Shown here: in pieces, positions 61,034 through 64,000 of the stretch
Position numbering within the stretch: position 1 is the stretch's first letter
How the letters are laid out: each line of letters opens with the position of its first letter
DNA from: Thermoanaerobaculia bacterium
Lineage (GTDB): Bacteria; Acidobacteriota; Thermoanaerobaculia; Multivoradales; Multivoraceae
Assembly: GCA_963664405.1 (NCBI GenBank)
Contig: OY761158.1
Coordinates: 2,240,001 to 2,304,000 of the forward strand
Length of the DNA stretch: 64,000 nt
Reading direction: 5' to 3'
The notes under the pieces: model-generated
What the model saw: the letters and a program-made list of their open reading frames with translations, nothing else
What the model was told of the DNA's origin: nothing
Database searches by the model: none
Translations under genes and position numbers: made by a program

Positions 61034-61136
61034 GCCGTTTCCCGGAGCGGATAGGAAGCAACGCCCAAGTGCGCCGTCCTCGGCGCCAAACAGCAACTAG
61101 CTTTCGGGAATGATACCCATCATTCCCGAAAGCTAG
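61034..61136. repeat. Mosaic repeat C-B-A with empty IS target (core 61046-61047)
   Basis: Perfect 18-bp-arm palindrome CTAGCTTTCGGGAATGAT-ACCC-ATCATTCCCGAAAGCTAG at 61097-61136. Confidence 0.8.
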
Positions 61137-61669
61137 GGCAGGATGATGCCGCTTCCCAGACAGCGCAGCCGGTTCGCCTGGGCATTACTGCGATACACCC
61201 GATGACAACTGTCGCACGCTTCTGCGAGGTTGTTGGTCAACTCGCCGACCTCCGCCTGATCCTTGCGCAGCGCAGCTTGGTAAATCTCCCAGCCGACCTC
61301 CGTCATCTCGCGCGACCACTTGAGCCAGTCGTAACGCTGGACTGGTGCCATCTGCCCGTTCTCACACAGACGCCCGGGCTTCGTGATCAGGCTCGCACCT
61401 TCGGCGAGCACGAGGGCGGCGTTCTCGACCACCTGCCAACCGGTATAGATGCCGGAGAAAGTGCTGCTGACGGTCCCATCGCCCTTGCCTTCGGCACGCG
61501 GCGCGTCCGGGTCCCGCATCTGGGTGTCGAAGATGATGTTCGAGTTGGGAAAGTAGATACCTCGCATGATTTGAGCCATGGTCCCGACCGGCGCAGTATC
61601 GAGAGAGGTCTGTGCTCCAACGCCTACTGCCAGGGAGATCATCGAAACCAGGAAGACTGTTACTCGCAT
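61133..61669 (-). CDS. Class II (c'-like) four-helix cytochrome c
   Basis: Signal peptide, helical body, C-terminal CDSCH; AAGGAG SD. Confidence 0.8.
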   Translation of the reverse strand: MRVTVFLVSMISLAVGVGAQTSLDTAPVGTMAQIMRGIYFPNSNIIFDTQMRDPDAPRAEGKGDGTVSSTFSGIYTGWQVVENAALVLAEGASLITKPGRLCENGQMAPVQRYDWLKWSREMTEVGWEIYQAALRKDQAEVGELTNNLAEACDSCHRVYRSNAQANRLRCLGSGIILP

Positions 61670-61897
61670 CTTTGTTCTCTCCTTCTTGGAAGTCGGCCCA
61701 CTACGAGGGACAAAAGAGAGCGTGGCGCGCGCGCAGCCGCGTAGCAACACCCGATCGGGTAGGACCGGCCCCGTCGAGCGCGACCTCGTCGGAAAGGTAG
61801 ATCTTCCAGGAGCGGTTCCCTCGATATGGACTCGTTGGTATTGTGGAGGCGCACAAGATTCAGACCTCCGCCTCCTCACCATCAAAGAGGATTGCGC

Positions 61898-63577
61898 GTG
61901 TCCAACCGCAACAGAGAACAACCGCATTCGACCCCCGAGCGTCCAGCGGCAACGATCGCGCCGACCCTGACCCGGCGACAGCTTCTGGGTACCGCGGCAG
62001 CCCTCACCACCGGCGCGCTGGCCGGACCCGGCCGGAGCATGGCTCGAGACAGCGGCTGGGACAGCGGACGAGTCGCTCACCTCCTCCCCACCGCTAGTCA
62101 TGACCGATTCCTCATCAAGGCGTCTCTGAGCGAGCCGATCTCGGGAGTCCCGACCCTCAACCTGGGCCGACGCAATGTCGAGGGGACACCGACCGACACG
62201 CAAGGTCTTTTCTGGCTCTTCGACGCTGACGGGCTAGAAGCCGCGACCGACTACGAGCTTCGGCTTCGCGATGGCGGTGGCACGCCTCTCTGCGACAACT
62301 GGCCGTTGCGCACCTTCCCCAACCCGGAAAGCTCCCCCGAGCACGCGCGCGTCCTTCTCTTCACCTGTGCCGGAGGCCACCCGGATCTGAGGAGGGGGGG
62401 CCTACCCCATTACCTTCCGCTCTCCATCCGTCGCCGCCTGCTCCAGCGCGCCCTCTCGTTCGCGCCAGACGCAGTCATCGCCAACGGCGACCACATCTAC
62501 TGGGATCAGCGGACCCCGGGCCCTAACGGGCCGCCGCCGGAGTACCTCGAGCTAGCCGGCCACTTCGACCGCTCGCAGACCGTCCTCGGCACTGCCAACG
62601 AGACCGTCCTCAAAAGGGCGGTCGGGCCACAGGTCGCAGATCTCTATGGCACCTTGATGCGTTCGGCCCCTGTCTTCTTTCTCCAAGATGACCACGACTA
62701 TTTCGATGGCGACCGGGTAAGGTCATGGGTGGTCCCCTACCCACCCGACCCCTTCATGATCCGCGCGGCTCGGGCCAGCCAACGGCTGTTCTACCCGGAG
62801 TTCCTACCCGACTCCGAGCGTCCGCTGGGTCTGCCGAGCGCTTCTATGGCCGACCGGCCTCCTGGAGTTGGCGAGGCCTTCGGAACGCTGCGCTACGGTC
62901 GTCTGCTGGAAGTCCTCCTCTACGACTGCCGACGGCATCAAACGATCAAAGGCGACCTAGGCACACTGGTGCCCGAGCAAGCCGAGAAATGGCTATTGCG
63001 GCGAATGGCTGATCCGAAGATTGGAAACTTGGTGCAGGTCCCTTCTCTCCCGCTCGGCTGGACCGCGGGAAAGTGGGGCGAATGGTACCCAGACATCCTC
63101 GCCGAAGACGGAACCCTCGGCCTCTCGCGAGCGAAGGACTTCTGGCAGCAGGGATGGCTGCTTCAGCACGATCGTCTGCTCAAAGCCGCGTCAGCCATGG
63201 AGAGGTCGCCGATCTTCCTCAATGGCGACCTCCATTCGATCGCCGAGGCCACGATCTACAGCAGCGGCGACCTCGACCTCTCGGCCAACCCGATTCGCAC
63301 CGCCCTCGTCGGTCCGATCGGAACGCTGCGCGGCTGGCCCTCTGGTGGACGCGGGACGGTCGGCCAACTCTCGACAGTATTGCGAGGGGAAGAGGCCCTG
63401 GGGTGCGTCGAGGAGAACGGCTTCCTGATCGCTGACTTCGACCCAGAGGGGACCACTCTGCGCTTCTTCCGCTGGCGTCCAGGAGATCGGCAGAGAGGCG
63501 TCGGAAACGAAGAAGACATCGACAGTCTCGAGCCCTTTCGGACGGTGCGCTGGCCCAGGCGACCTCGACAGGCCTGA
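61898..63577 (+). CDS. Tat-exported PhoD-like metallophosphoesterase
   Basis: TRRQLL leader, FTC, NGDHIYWD, DDHDY, D.RR, GDLH. Confidence 0.75.
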   Translation: MSNRNREQPHSTPERPAATIAPTLTRRQLLGTAAALTTGALAGPGRSMARDSGWDSGRVAHLLPTASHDRFLIKASLSEPISGVPTLNLGRRNVEGTPTDTQGLFWLFDADGLEAATDYELRLRDGGGTPLCDNWPLRTFPNPESSPEHARVLLFTCAGGHPDLRRGGLPHYLPLSIRRRLLQRALSFAPDAVIANGDHIYWDQRTPGPNGPPPEYLELAGHFDRSQTVLGTANETVLKRAVGPQVADLYGTLMRSAPVFFLQDDHDYFDGDRVRSWVVPYPPDPFMIRAARASQRLFYPEFLPDSERPLGLPSASMADRPPGVGEAFGTLRYGRLLEVLLYDCRRHQTIKGDLGTLVPEQAEKWLLRRMADPKIGNLVQVPSLPLGWTAGKWGEWYPDILAEDGTLGLSRAKDFWQQGWLLQHDRLLKAASAMERSPIFLNGDLHSIAEATIYSSGDLDLSANPIRTALVGPIGTLRGWPSGGRGTVGQLSTVLRGEEALGCVEENGFLIADFDPEGTTLRFFRWRPGDRQRGVGNEEDIDSLEPFRTVRWPRRPRQA

Positions 63578-63617
63578 AGCTCACTCCATACTCCGCTTGC
63601 TCCGCTGAACCGGCACC

Positions 63618-64000
63618 ATGACCTGGGAAATAGGCGACCGCCTGAGCCACCGGCTCAACGTCGATCTGGGAGCGGGTCAGGTGGTCGAAAATGAAGGCCG
63701 CGTTGTCGTAGTCCACTTTCCACGGGCGAACCAGACACTGCGCCTCGCGGCCGACTCGGAGGCCCTCGAGCCCCTGGTGCTCAAGGTCGGTGCCCATGTA
63801 CGCCACCTGCTCTCGGGCGAGAACGCGGTTATCGAGAGCTTCCTCCCAGACGGCCGAGTGCGACTCGCGAACGGCTGGGAGGGCGCGAATGACGAGATCT
63901 GGCCGGACGAAGTCGGCAAGAACTTGTTGGAGCGTCTCGAGGCCGGCGACGTCGACAGCCTCGAGGCCTTCTCGCTCCGTCTCGATGCTCTGCGACTGGC
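63618..64000 (+). CDS. RapA/HepA-like SNF2 protein, N-terminal part (3'-partial)
   Basis: Not in the ORF track; MTWEIGDRLSHRLNVDLGAGQVVENEGRVVVVHFP...LERLEAGDVDSLEAFSLR resembles the RapA N-terminus. Confidence 0.65.
   Translation, partial: MTWEIGDRLSHRLNVDLGAGQVVENEGRVVVVHFPRANQTLRLAADSEALEPLVLKVGAHVRHLLSGENAVIESFLPDGRVRLANGWEGANDEIWPDEVGKNLLERLEAGDVDSLEAFSLRLDALRL

Noticed and set aside
1-64000. tRNA, rRNA, known riboswitches, prophage or defence genes
   Set aside because: No recognisable signatures by eye; a covariance-model scan would be needed to exclude divergent RNAs.

Overview
GC-rich bacterial chromosomal window with no rRNA, tRNA or CRISPR detected. It is probably Acidobacteriota (Thermoanaerobaculia-like), inferred from the VWA/GWxTD-type proteins and a Cys-bounded C-terminal domain on secreted proteins. 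It holds about 45 genes: a four-subunit 2-oxoacid:ferredoxin oxidoreductase operon, three adjacent large secreted proteins sharing a C-terminal domain, an RND pair, Pit/DUF47, yajQ, srkA, several c-type cytochromes (one fused to a PHM-like copper monooxygenase), a PhoD-like protein and the start of a rapA-like gene. The most interesting layer is non-coding. (1) An IS1111-type IS110-family element with 13-bp sub-terminal IRs sits at a CT core inside a dispersed mosaic repeat; its 3' non-coding region has short segments matching both halves of that target, and two empty near-cognate sites lie elsewhere in the window. (2) Seven 165-179 bp CTAG-bounded miniature elements fall into three unrelated TIR families yet share one covarying central hairpin; one copy is inserted in-frame in a signal peptide. 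(3) A fixed-length 40-bp palindrome plus a GC hairpin form BIME-like mosaics, often anchored on TAG stop codons. Five 1-nt indels in homopolymer runs and two deletion chimeras suggest that some apparent pseudogenes are assembly errors. All calls come from reading motifs by eye; no database searches were run.
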